Positions 53,157 through 64,000 of a stretch of DNA of 64,000 nucleotides are shown in pieces. Numbering within the stretch: the stretch's first letter is position 1; every line of letters starts with the position of its first letter. The notes beneath the pieces are model-generated. The model had not been told where the DNA came from. It saw only the letters and a list, made by a program, of their open reading frames with translations, and made no database searches. The position numbers were made by a program, and so were the translations under genes. This stretch comes from Octopus vulgaris (lineage: Eukaryota). The stretch is taken from NCBI GenBank assembly GCA_951406725.2, contig OX597824.1, positions 95,232,001-95,296,000 of the forward strand, given 5' to 3'.

Positions 53157-53545
53157 TCACTCACAGCGGAATTGCAGAGAACAGAGTTTCATCTGTTTAA
53201 GTCGAACCCAATAATCAAGTCCCTTCATGCCATTTATTTTTTTAGTGATTGATCTTTGTGGTGCTTTGATCCTCATTATGTCTTGTTTTTTGTAGGGGGG
53301 ACCACAATGGGTAGCAGTATTTGAGGTAGGGACTAGAGAATGTGGAGAAGAGAAGGACAATGGTTTCGCAATCCCTAGATTGAAAAGTTCTGAGGATCCA
53401 TGAGCACATTCTGCAGGCAACATTGACTTTTTTGTTGATGTGCACACTCCTGCTAAAGTTGCTGTCAACAGTTACACCTAAGTCCCTGATATTATCCGAA
53501 GGTTCAAGTAGGTCTCCTGACGGTAGTGTACATAGTTGTTTTGAG
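53157..53545 (-). mobile_element. CR1/L2-like LINE ORF2 fragment (frameshifted)
   Basis: Remnants KKVNVACRMCSWILRTFQSRD..PYLKYCYPLWSP and LDYWVRLKQMKLCSL, typical of the post-RT region of CR1-clade elements. Confidence 0.8.
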
Positions 53546-53547
53546 TG

Positions 53548-54538
53548 TGCCCTGGAAAAACTACAAGTAGTTGATAGCTTCCATTACCTAGGTGACCAAG
53601 TCAGTAGCAAGGGTCGTTGCTCTGAGAGTGTAGCTGCTAGAATAGGAATAACCTGGGTAAAGTTCAGAGAGCTCCTACCTCTCCTGGTGACAAAGGGTTT
53701 CTTGCTCAGGGTAAAAGGTAGACTGTATGATGCATGTGTGCGAACAGCCATGCAATGTGGCAGTGAAACATGGGCCGCAAACTGCTGAGGACATGCGTAA
53801 ACTTGCAAGGAATGAAGCCAGTATGCTCTGCTGGATGTGTAATGTCAGTGTGCATACTCAACAGAGTGTAAGCATAGTGAGAGAAAAGTTGGACATAAGA
53901 AGCATCAGATGTGGTGTACAAGAGAGACGATTGTGCAGGTATGGTCATGTGCTACATACGGATGAGGACAGCTGTGTGAAAAAGTGTCACACCCTAGCAG
54001 TAGAGGGAACTTGTGGAAGAGGTAGACCTAGGAAGACCTGGGATGAGGTGTTGAAGCACGACCTTCAAATGTTGGGCCTCATGGAGGCAATGACAAGTGA
54101 CCGAGACCTTTGGAGATATGTTGTGCTTGAGAAGACCCAGCATGCCAAGTGAGACCGTAACTGTGGCCTATGCCTGTGCAGCATAACCAGACTGTTTAAG
54201 AGTACCCTTCAATCAGTGGACAATAAACTGCTGAGACAAGTGAAGACATTGTGGCCAATGACAGTACTGCTTGTTTGGCTCCCGTGCCGGTGGCATGTAA
54301 AAAGCACTATTCAAGCATGGTCAATGCCAGTGCTGCCTGACTGGCCCTCATGCTGGTGGCACGTAAAAAGTACTCATTACACTCTTGGAGGTTTGGCATT
54401 AGGAAGGGCATCCAGCAGTAGAAACATTACCAGATCAGATTGGAGCCTGGTGCAGCCTCCTGACTCACCAGCCCTCAGTCAAACTGTCCAACCCATGCCA
54501 GCATGGAAAGCAGGCATTAAATGACGATGATGATGATG
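53548..54538 (+). mobile_element. RTE-clade LINE, 5'-truncated: ORF C-terminus, 3' UTR and (GAT)n tail
   Basis: Remnants LQVVDSFHYLG..GSETWA..RRLCRYGHV..GRGRPRKTW..DRDLWR with one frameshift. Its 3' UTR is the most abundant repeat in the window. Confidence 0.9.
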
Positions 54539-54974
54539 AAGAGGAATGTCTCAGGAAGATTGGTCATTTCATGAATGACACTGAGAAAGTGCTAGGAAAT
54601 GTATCGCCAAACCCTCAGTTGTTGATTTGGTACTTCTAAACATCTGCACCCTTTTTCATAATAAATCATACATATTTCTTTGGTAAAGATTACCATTTTC
54701 ATATCAGAAAATAGTAATCTTTACTAGAGGAATATGTATCACAATTATTATATTCCTGAGCAACTGTTGTGTAACTGGATTAACCCAACACCATCACAAA
54801 TGATAGTTTATCTTTCTTTTTAGTAATTCTTCATTTTTCCCCTTCAAGCACATTTTCAGGTGGTTTCATTTTTTTCCTAGCTTTTCTCATTCTTTATACC
54901 TCATTTTTTTTCTTCTCTTTTTGTAGCCCTTTTCTCTCTTGGTTGTCAGTGTGTATTAATGACCGAGAGGTAAG

Positions 54975-55319
54975 TTAGTGGAGCACAAGCTCTTGCTAGG
55001 GACTCCCATGTTGAACAGGTCAAAAGATAGCAGCCAAACTAATATGGACCACCTCTTCTCAGAGGTAAAAATTGGGTTTGAGTTGGGCCAACATAACAAC
55101 CTAGAAGAAAAGTCACAGAAACACTGATGACAATTGAAAGCCAAGAAGCACTAGAAGAGAGGAAGGCCTTCTCTCTCAGGGAAATATAGGACATGGTACA
55201 GCAAACTTCAAAAGGAAAAGGCAGGAAACCAATTGAAATAGAAAATACAACCCAGAGTGGAGAACAATGGAGAGAAGTCATTGATGGCCTCTCCTCCAAA
55301 GGGAGTGAAGGGCTTACCT
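54975..55319 (+). mobile_element. Internally deleted RTE-like element, second family
   Basis: 5' part is homologous to the reverse copy at ~34830-35015; 3' part reads WREVIDGLSSKGSEGLT-stop, resembling RTE C-termini. Confidence 0.5.
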
Positions 55320-55699
55320 AAGTGTGACATAAGCTACAAGAGGCAGAGTGGTAACAGGTCTGTAATGCCCTTAGATGTCCAGGGCTGCACCTGTGCTACA
55401 CTGGAGGTTTCAGTGGGCATGTCTCTCCTGGCCTGAGAAGGTCAAGAAACCTCTGAATCACCTCCTGTAATATAAGGATAAAGGCCTGGAACTAATCTCA
55501 CGAACAAGGAATTCCCAGTAGGTGCAGATCATCAGCTGCGTTAATCACATCCCTGCCCATGGGTACTAATGATTGAATGGTCTGGTGAGGATCTTGGATG
55601 TGGTCAACGAGTCTGCATACATGTAAACTGTGTTCCACACATTAACTGGTGGCCCAGAGAGAACGACTGAACCTGAAATGCTTAGAGGAAGTAAAAGTC
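55320..55699 (+). pseudogene. Degenerate 18S rRNA 3'-region fragment
   Basis: Colinear matches to conserved 18S motifs: taacaggtctgt(a)atgcccttagatgtcc, gaac(a)aggaattcccagta, tccctgccc, gattgaatggt..gtgagg, agaggaagtaaaagtc. Shows CpG-type transitions and loss of the tttgtacacaccgcccg block. Confidence 0.9.
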
Positions 55700-57014
55700 A
55701 ATGCCTTACTTCCTGCTCCTTACATGTCTCCCTCTTTAGAGCATTTTTGTTTCATTGGGTAGATAGTTTCTATATTCATCATCATCATCGTTTAACAACC
55801 GCTTTCTATGCTGGCATGGGTTGGACAGTTTGACTGAGGACTGGCAAACCAGAAGGCTACACCAGGCTCCAATCTGATCTGGCAAGGTTTCCTCAGCTGG
55901 ATGCCCTTCATGTCAACCACTCCGAGAGTGCAGTGGGTGCTTTTTGCGTGCCACCGGCACGAGGGCCAGTCAGGCGGTACTGGCATCGACCATGCTTGAA
56001 TGGTGCTTTTTACGTGCCACTGGCACGAGGACCAGTCAGGTATTACATGTGATAATATATATTGCCTTTGTTTTGGCTCTAAAGAGAGTTGGATCTCAGG
56101 GAAGACCTACCCAGTCCATGATAGCATGAAAAGTGGATGTAAGGTAATGACTATTTATTAGTGATTGTTATTTGGTGTGGTGCAAAAAGTAAAAAAAAAA
56201 GGGGGAAAAAACCCTGCCTGCTGCATAGGTTTTATGCTTATGTATGCATCATTGTTTTCTTTACTGTCTGTGCGAATGTTGCAGAGGAGATGTAATTTTG
56301 TATAACGTGGATGGTATCTGTTTATATTGTTCTGTGTTTTGGTTGGTTGTTTCTGGAGTTTCAGTATGTTTCCTTTGATATCATGTGATGACTTTGTAGT
56401 GTTGTTTAGATCTGGTAAAGCAGTTCTGTGATTGAAACTGTTTGAAGTGATTAATGTACTGGATTCAAAGCTTCTTCATCATCATCATCACTACCACCAC
56501 AACCATCATCTAACGTCTGCTTTCCATGCTGGCATGGGTTGGACGATTTGACTGAGGACTGGCGAACCAGAAGGCTGCACCAGGCTCCAGTCTTGATCTG
56601 GCAGAGTTTCTACAGCTGGATGCCCTTCTTAATGCCAACCACTCTGAGAGTGTAGTGGGTACTTTTACGTGCCACCAGCATGGGAGCCAGTCAGGCGGTA
56701 CTGGCAACGACCTCGCTCAAATATTTTTACACATGCCAACGGCACAGGTGCCAGTAAGGTGATGCTGGTAACGATCCCGCTTGAATGGTGCCTCTTTCAT
56801 GTCACCGGCATGGAAGCCAGTTAGCCGCTCTGGATGGCACCCTACTAGCACGGGGCACAACTTAATATGTATAAATAATAAAAAACAAACAAATGAATTT
56901 CGTTTTATAAAATTTATTATTATTTTTTTTTTTAACACACAAATCTGCTAAATCACTGTGGCATCTGAGAATCTTTAGTTATTGAAGACAGCCAGGGCAT
57001 GCTGCAAGATATTC

Positions 57015-57110
57015 TCATCCTGACTTTGTGTAATTTTTGAGATTGGCCAAAATTATTCCTGAAGGAGTACATACTAATGTCACCATTAGTGCACCAAGAG
57101 AAAATTTCTC
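57015..57110 (-). CDS. COX8: Probable cytochrome c oxidase subunit 8, terminal exon (upstream exon not found in window)
   Basis: Strong acceptor ttttattttcag, then EKFSLGALMVTLVCTPSGIILANLKNYTKSG-stop. One TM helix with the EKxxLG...PxxxLxxxxxY pattern recalled from metazoan COX8. AATAAA at 56913-56918 followed by a U/GU-rich tract. Confidence 0.68.
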   Translation of the reverse strand, partial: EKFSLGALMVTLVCTPSGIILANLKNYTKSG

Positions 57111-58638
57111 CTGAAAATAAAAATGTAAAAATTGTTATTAAAGCAAAAATAAAAAGCAAAATAAAGCAAACCAAAAAAGCTACTTTTAAACTAAAAACTG
57201 TAAAATCCAATGATTATAGGAGATATAGGAAAAATGAAAAAGTTCCATTGATACTCATTTCCACTTTCTTTAACTCTTTCCCAAAGCAGAACACTTCAAC
57301 TTTCAGTTACAATATTTCTGCTGAAATACACTGCGTGATCGTTGCCAGAGCGGCTTTCTGGCCTCCGTGCCGGTGGCACGTAAAAGACACCATTTGAGCG
57401 TGATTGTTACCAGCATCGCCTTACTGGCACCTGTGCTGGTGGCACGTGTAAAAGATTCGAGCAAGGTCGTTGCCAGTACCGCCTGACTGGCCCTGTGCCG
57501 GTGGCACGTAAAAGCACCCACTACACTCTCGTAGTGGTTGACATTAGGAAGGGCATCCAGCTGTAGAACCTGCCAGATCATGACTGAAGCCTGGTGCAGC
57601 CATCTGGTTCGCCAGCCTTGTCATTCGTCCAACCCATGCCAGCATGGAAAGCGGACGTTAAATGATGATGATGATGATGATATATATATATATATAAATC
57701 TTCTAGGGTTATTTAAAGAATACTCTTGCAATTATATAAATGCAGAAAAGTCTTTGCTAAACAAATAACCCATATATTCTGCTGGACTGCCCTAAGATAA
57801 CTCATCAAACTCCTGTTTGCCATTGTTCAAACTGATTATAACCCCAAAACATATCTATGTCACACAGGTCATTTTCTTATTTCAACACAGTTGTATTTGT
57901 TTTTTTTTTTATCACAACTGAATCAAAATGCCGGGTTCAGTGTAACCTGACTGGTTGTTTGTGAACAAAATTTCTTACTAATTTCATTACAACTTAACAT
58001 CACTCTTATTTCTTTTACGTCATTTCTTTTGCATACCATTGTTTATATTTAATACATATAACTTTTTTTTTTTTTACTAATTTATATCCATTTTTCTTAA
58101 TGTTTTTTTGTATATTCATTTATATATTATTGCAACAACTGTTTGTCTAACTCAATGTTTGTCCTATTTCTGACCAGAAAATCCTAAAATACAAGCATTA
58201 CAAGTTATGGAGTGATGGAGCTTGCTTAACTGCACAGAAAACTGGCTGTAAGTACCAAGTTCTTGTTCTTCTGCAAACCTTTATTTTACAGATCTTTGTC
58301 GTAAACACATTTCCTCACAGACAATTCTTTAATAACTGAAAATTCAACCAACTACACTTAAGGTAAAATATATTGTATTTAAATATTCAGAATTGTGATT
58401 TTGTCAGTTATAAATTCTTGGCAGCACATGATTATTAATATTTAGCCTGAAATTTAATTAAAATAGATAAAAGTTAGAGGTTTTTCTCTTATCGATGTTA
58501 GGAAATAATTGATGAGATTAGAACAACAGCAATGTAAATTTCAAACTGCCAAACAGCCTATGTGTATTTTCACTTTGATCATTTATCAAGTCACACAGTG
58601 TTAACAACAAAGTAGTTGCATCCTGTATTATATGAGCA

Positions 58639-58965
58639 TGAAGGCGCATGGCTTAGTGGTTAGGGGCATTCGGCTCATGATCGTAAGATTGTGAGTTCAA
58701 TTCCTGGAGACGCTTTGTGTCCTTGAGTAAGACACTTTATTTCACGTTGCTCCAGTCCACTCACCTGGCAAAAATGAGTAGTATCTGTATTTCAAAGGGC
58801 CAGCTTTGTCACACTCTGTGTCACGCTGAATCTCCCTGAGAACTACGTTAGGGGTACACATATCTGTGGATTGCCCAGCCACTTGCATGCTAATTTCACG
58901 AGCAGGCTGTTCCGTTGATTGGATCAGGTGGGACCCTTGTCGTCATAACCGACGGAGTGCTCCTT
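58639..58965 (+). mobile_element. tRNA-derived SINE family C with TSD
   Basis: Head ggcgcatggcttagtggttag..gagttcaattcc; flanking direct repeat tatgagcatga. Second copy at 16871-17125 flanked by tatttaatctgatg. Confidence 0.8.
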
Positions 58966-61900
58966 TTTTTTTATGAGCATGAGTAAGGTTTTTCATCCTG
59001 AAGTAAAAGATAATACAAATCCTGCAACAATTAAACACTGTTCAGTATTGATCTATTGAAAAATTGGATTTTAGTTGCAGTTTTGCGACATAATCCCTCA
59101 GAAAATCTATTTTCCTACGTCATCATCAGCATCATTTAATGTCTGCTTTTCATGCTGGCAGGGGTTGGACGGTTTGACTGAGGTCTGGAGAGCCAGCAGC
59201 TGCATCATGCTCCAATCTGATCTGGCAGAGTTTCTACACCTGGATGCCCTTCCTAACACAAACCACTCCGAGAGCGTAGTGGGTGCCTTTTACGCACCAC
59301 CGGCACGGGACCCATTCAAGTGGCTCTGGCATCGATCACGTTTGGATAGTGCTTTTTACGTGCCACCTATGTGGGAGCCAGTCAGGAGGCAAGTACCCCC
59401 ATTTTCCTAGCTCAGAAATTAAAATTAATTGCTACCTGACAGAGATTTAGGCCGGTTATGAACCTTAGGGGTTAATAAACCTGGATCTTAGCCCCATTTC
59501 CATGGCACGTGACTGAGATTGCAGCACCTTTACCCACTGAATGGGACAACGGTCCCTTGCAGGATTGACCCATTGACAGATGAGTGAACTGGAATAATGG
59601 GAAATGAAGTGTTTTGCTCAAGAACACAGCACACTGCCCAGCCTAGGAATTGAAACCATGATCTTACAACTGAGTGCAACACCCTAACCACTAGGCCACG
59701 TGTCTGCACAACAGCTACCTGTAAAAAAGAAAGAAAAAAAAATCTGACAGGAACTTCAAAGATGTGAAAGTGCTTCCCTATCCTAAATAGCCACTACAGC
59801 TACTTTTACTGGAATGTATATAGAGTCAGATAATGATAAATTTGATGTAATTATAACGAGCTTATTTTAAGATAATCAAGGATAGGGGAAGTTGTAGTAC
59901 TAGTAAGGGGGTGAGCACTGTAACAGCATGTTGCTACATCCACTATTTGTTGGTGATTCCCTACTCCTGGTGGAGGACACCTTTGCACCACTCAGACGAA
60001 AACCCCCACAGCGCATGGGTCTATTTGGGTAGTCATTGCTGGTTATCTCACCACAGTAGGATAAGAATGATGAAAAAATTTAATTACATGAAAACTGTTA
60101 CACAAATGTTCTTAAAATAAATCATTTGTCTACTGAAACTATATTTGTTCATTTGTTCAATGCCTGGTTTTTCAAAGCTAGCTTGGGGGGTTTTGATGAG
60201 GATAGAGTCAATATTTTATGGCCATTGTTTGTCCTGTTGTATATAAAATACTCAACTGCTGCATTAAATGTTCAAATTAAAATTGTCGAGTCACTCAAAC
60301 TTAATCTACTCCCCAACCAGTTCTTTTACAGAAAGCTTTTTCAATATAATTTCAGATATAAAAGTTAAGCTGTGTAACAAATTGCATACCGAGATTAGAT
60401 TCATTTTTCTGAGGCAAAGGGAAATAACTAAACAACTGCTTAAATCAATGCAAACTGTTAAGAATTCCCAGAAGATTATCTTGATTAAACCTTTAGCATT
60501 CAGATTACTGTTGAATGTAATGCTAATTGATTATTTTCAATTAATCATGCACTGTCACGTAGCTTTGGCATTTTGATGATATGACTGCTTATTTTTAGAA
60601 TGACATTGTAGAGCAGGTGTGATAGGTCACATCTGGCTGTTTGAACATAAAACATAAAAAACAAGAATATTTGGGCCGGATATGGTCGGTTTAAATAGAA
60701 TTATCTTATAGTATCCCATCCAGCATGGGTCTCCTTTTAGACATTTGCATGGACAAGTGCTCCGTATGATACAGTAATAGAATATACTAAAGAAAGTGAG
60801 GACTTAGGTTATGAAATTATACACCATCAGTCATGTTTTAGCTCATTGATAACAAAATGTCCTGTTTATATTTTCAACCAAAGATTTTTTTAAAATGTAG
60901 TCAATGTATAAACATTGTGTCTAGTTTCAGAAAAATTTCACCCATCCCTCTTGTAAGCTCACAACCTGAAGGGCAGTAGGTATGCTGTTATCCAGGTTAA
61001 AACTCACTGTTCTAAAACAACACTAAAAGTAATACATCTAGTGCAACACTTTAAATGTCCTTTCAATTGTAGAAGTATAAAACCGAGTCAACTAGATTTC
61101 ATTTACCCCCCTAAAAATGCTAAGTAATCAGTAAATCATAGTAAAGACCCCCTTCAATCATGAATGACCATGGGATTGCACTTACTGCTCTTACTGTTGC
61201 CATCCTTTACCTGTATCCAAGCAAGGTAATATTTCCCTATGGCCAGACATGTTTTTGTGGAATATTGGAAATGAGTGACATTGCTTGCATGACCGTGAAA
61301 CTCATTTACAGCTATCACTCAGTATCAAGACCAGAAGACACAAAACACATTCACAAGGTTTTGATTGGTCCAGAACCACAATAGAAGACATTGACCAAGG
61401 TGCCAGGCAATGGGATTGAACCGAAAACCATGGGGCTGAGAAGCAATTTCCTAACCACACAGCCACGCCCGTTGCTTACATAATTCTATGAAGCCATTCC
61501 CCTGATTATCAGTTTCATATGTAAACCTATATTTGATGTTCAGAACATTAGAAATAAAAATCGGTGCCCCTCAGCAGAAGTGAAACCTTGGAAGGTGATC
61601 AAATTATTCATAACAAGTCTCTTTATTTTCATCAACACATAGATATTGCTGTTTATTTACTTAAAGCAAGTCGAAAATACTTGCTTTTTAAGGATCCAAA
61701 AATTAAAAAATGCATCCATGAGCCTAACGAACGGATGAGGAAGGACGAACATCTCAGAAAAATGTATTTAAAAGTTTTAATAATTTTTTCTTAGAATAAA
61801 TTCAGTGCCAGGGGAGACAACCAGCTTTCATTGTCAATACAAAACAAAATCTTGTCTCGTATGTACAATAGGAAAAAAATCGATATGTTTATATCGAACT

Positions 61901-62459
61901 AAGTGGACAAGGCCAAATGATCAAGAAGTTCGTTTTACAATCACGAGGTTCTGCGTTCAACCTCAGCATACCATTTTGTTTTTACCAAATGTCTTATAAC
62001 AGATCCTTCAAAGCGACTAAGTGAAATCGAAGAGAAGGAAACTGCGTGGAAGCCTGGAATTCAGAAGTCCAACCGTGTCACTGATTTGGCACGAGAACAT
62101 TAAGCTATTTACGCTAATTTAACGAGTAGGTAGTTCAGTTGATCTTAACAACAATGTTTTTTTTTCAAAATCCGAGAGAATCTAATCAACTATACAAGTT
62201 TTTAATTTCAAATTAAAAAGATAATTCAGGATTGTGTTGTATAAATAATTCATCAAGGAACAAGTTTTAGGAAAGGACCATAGTTTAGTTTCTCAAGTTG
62301 TAGTAAAAAGAAGAAAAAAAAGGTCTAGTAAACCCCTTCAAATATATGGCGTCACCTGTTTGCTCAAACCTAAGCCTTAAATTAAAAGAAAGAATATGAA
62401 CATTTGAATGTCAATTGACCAAAGGACCTTCCATTTATGAACCCACATGAAGTAATTCC

Positions 62460-62702
62460 TAATATCATATTTGATGGCATACAAGACGTACGGGGGGAAA
62501 ATTATTTTAGTGCATTATTTAGACCCAACTTTGCATAGAGGATCCGTGGTGATTTTTGGAGACATTTTTGTGGTGTGTTCGAACCAGAAGAATGTTCACT
62601 TAAAGAGAATAACAAGCTACATAATGCAAAATTTTTACTTTTCAAAAATTCCAATTCTAAAGGGTCGAAACAAACCCGAGCAACGCCGGGAGATACTGCT
62701 AG
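62460..62702 (+). mobile_element. Non-autonomous Helitron 3' part
   Basis: cccgagcaacgccggg hairpin followed by ctgCTAG|t; homologous to the 5514 copy. The 5' boundary is approximate. Confidence 0.7.
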
Positions 62703-63622
62703 TCTTTGATAAGGGGCGTCGTCCACAACCATTGGAGGTTCTCAGTGATTAGAGAAGACGATTGTTGTTCAATAAGATTTTGCAGGGAAAACATAGGCAA
62801 GAATGGGATTTTCGAGAAGGGCAAACGCAGTAAAAGATTAGAAAGAATTAAATGGTTGTACTTCTTTGGATGTATTCTAGGATGTTCGCGCTGGGTTTTG
62901 GGTAGCGTTTCATCTTTGCAGCTTATGTACTCGGTATCAAATGACTAGACACGCCCCATACAAATCAATATCATTACAAATATTAAATGCTCCCACCTGG
63001 TTGAGGATCATACTACATCCTGACCTGAGATGCGGAAGTTTACTCGTATGGGGTGCACTCTAGACATCCATATTCAGTGCTCACGTTTCTGCCACCTTTT
63101 GTTTACCCTCTTTAGGTTCAATCCCGATTGAATGATTCATGGCAGAAAAAGCATTTCAGCTACGATCGATTGTTTATCCTCCACCCCTAAATATATCAAA
63201 GACAACGTTGTCCAATGTGTCTTTCCTTTATTTCAAGACTAAACAGAGCGAGATTTGATGGGCTCTGGCTACTATTTCTAGCAAGCTGAGAGCAGATTAT
63301 GGCCATGGCCTAAGACGAGGGCAAGATCTGCACTTACTGATGACACGCTTATCTTAAAGAGATAATCTTTTCTACTTTATTAAGCACAAGGCGTGAAATT
63401 TCATGGGGGAGCCGGTACTCAACTGGTGAGTATTTCGTCGACCTCGACGGCATGAAAGACAAAGTAAACCTCGAATTCGAATGTAAATAATGAGAAGCAA
63501 TGATATACAATGCAAATGGCTTTATTATTTAAAAAAGAAGCGTTAGCATTTAACTGACAGATTGAATATTCATTCTATTGTGCATTGGCGTCCCGTAATT
63601 CCTATTCTAAATATTGGAAGTT

Positions 63623-63921
63623 GGTACTACTAGCGAACAGAGGTCCCGGTGCGCACACGCTAGCTAGTCGTAAGTACTCGATCCTACAACGACTTTTTAT
63701 ACCTAACCCTAGTTTGTTTATAAAAAATAATTTATTTAATTAGTTTAAAAAATGATTTACTTTGCGTTTTATTTACTTTGTTCGAAAAATATTATTTAAT
63801 TTCCTTTGATATGTATTCCGCCTTGAAATACAAACATAGGCGCCAAGTCGTTGTAGGATCGACTACTTACGACTAGCCAGCGCGGGTGCGCGCACCGGGA
63901 CCACTGTTCGCTAGAAGTACC
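63623..63921. mobile_element. Mutator-like MITE, same family, ~75-bp TIRs
   Basis: TIRs ggtactactagcgaacag..cctacaacgactt / aagtcgttgtagg..ctgttcgctagaagtacc; TSD ttggaagtt / ttggaactt (8 of 9 match). Confidence 0.8.
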
Positions 63922-64000
63922 TTGGAACTTTACGTTTGGTTTCCGAATGATTTTTTTTAAAAAAAAAGAAGAATTAATACAACCGGAACTGAATAAAGAA

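Noticed and set aside
55320-55699. Functional rRNA locus or contaminant
   Set aside because: Partial, has deletions in universally conserved motifs, and is embedded among host repeats.
59640-59722. Possible COX8 presequence exon (VAVVQTRGL) after a strong acceptor
   Set aside because: The sequence is a tRNA-derived SINE head on the minus strand.

Overview
AT-rich, repeat-dense animal genomic DNA. The SINE/LINE families and microsatellite load look like a coleoid cephalopod (Octopus); this is inferred from the repeats, not proven. Most ORF-track entries are microsatellite or repeat artefacts. Two real minus-strand genes could be assembled by hand. One is a complete 8-coding-exon DHRS7-like short-chain dehydrogenase (28322->18463, 322 aa, all GT-AG introns in phase). 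The other is the terminal exon of a probable cytochrome c oxidase subunit 8 (57110->57015), in a frame the ORF track missed. The rest is RTE and CR1 LINE fragments, tRNA-derived SINEs, Helitron, Mutator, piggyBac, mariner and maT relics, a decayed 18S rRNA fragment and a 34-bp minisatellite. The most unusual signal is about 8 type-I hammerhead-ribozyme motifs, mostly minimal with a palindromic stem III. Several sit in fold-back non-coding elements, and one family joins a tRNA-like Pol III head to a hammerhead. No CRISPR array or prokaryotic system is present.
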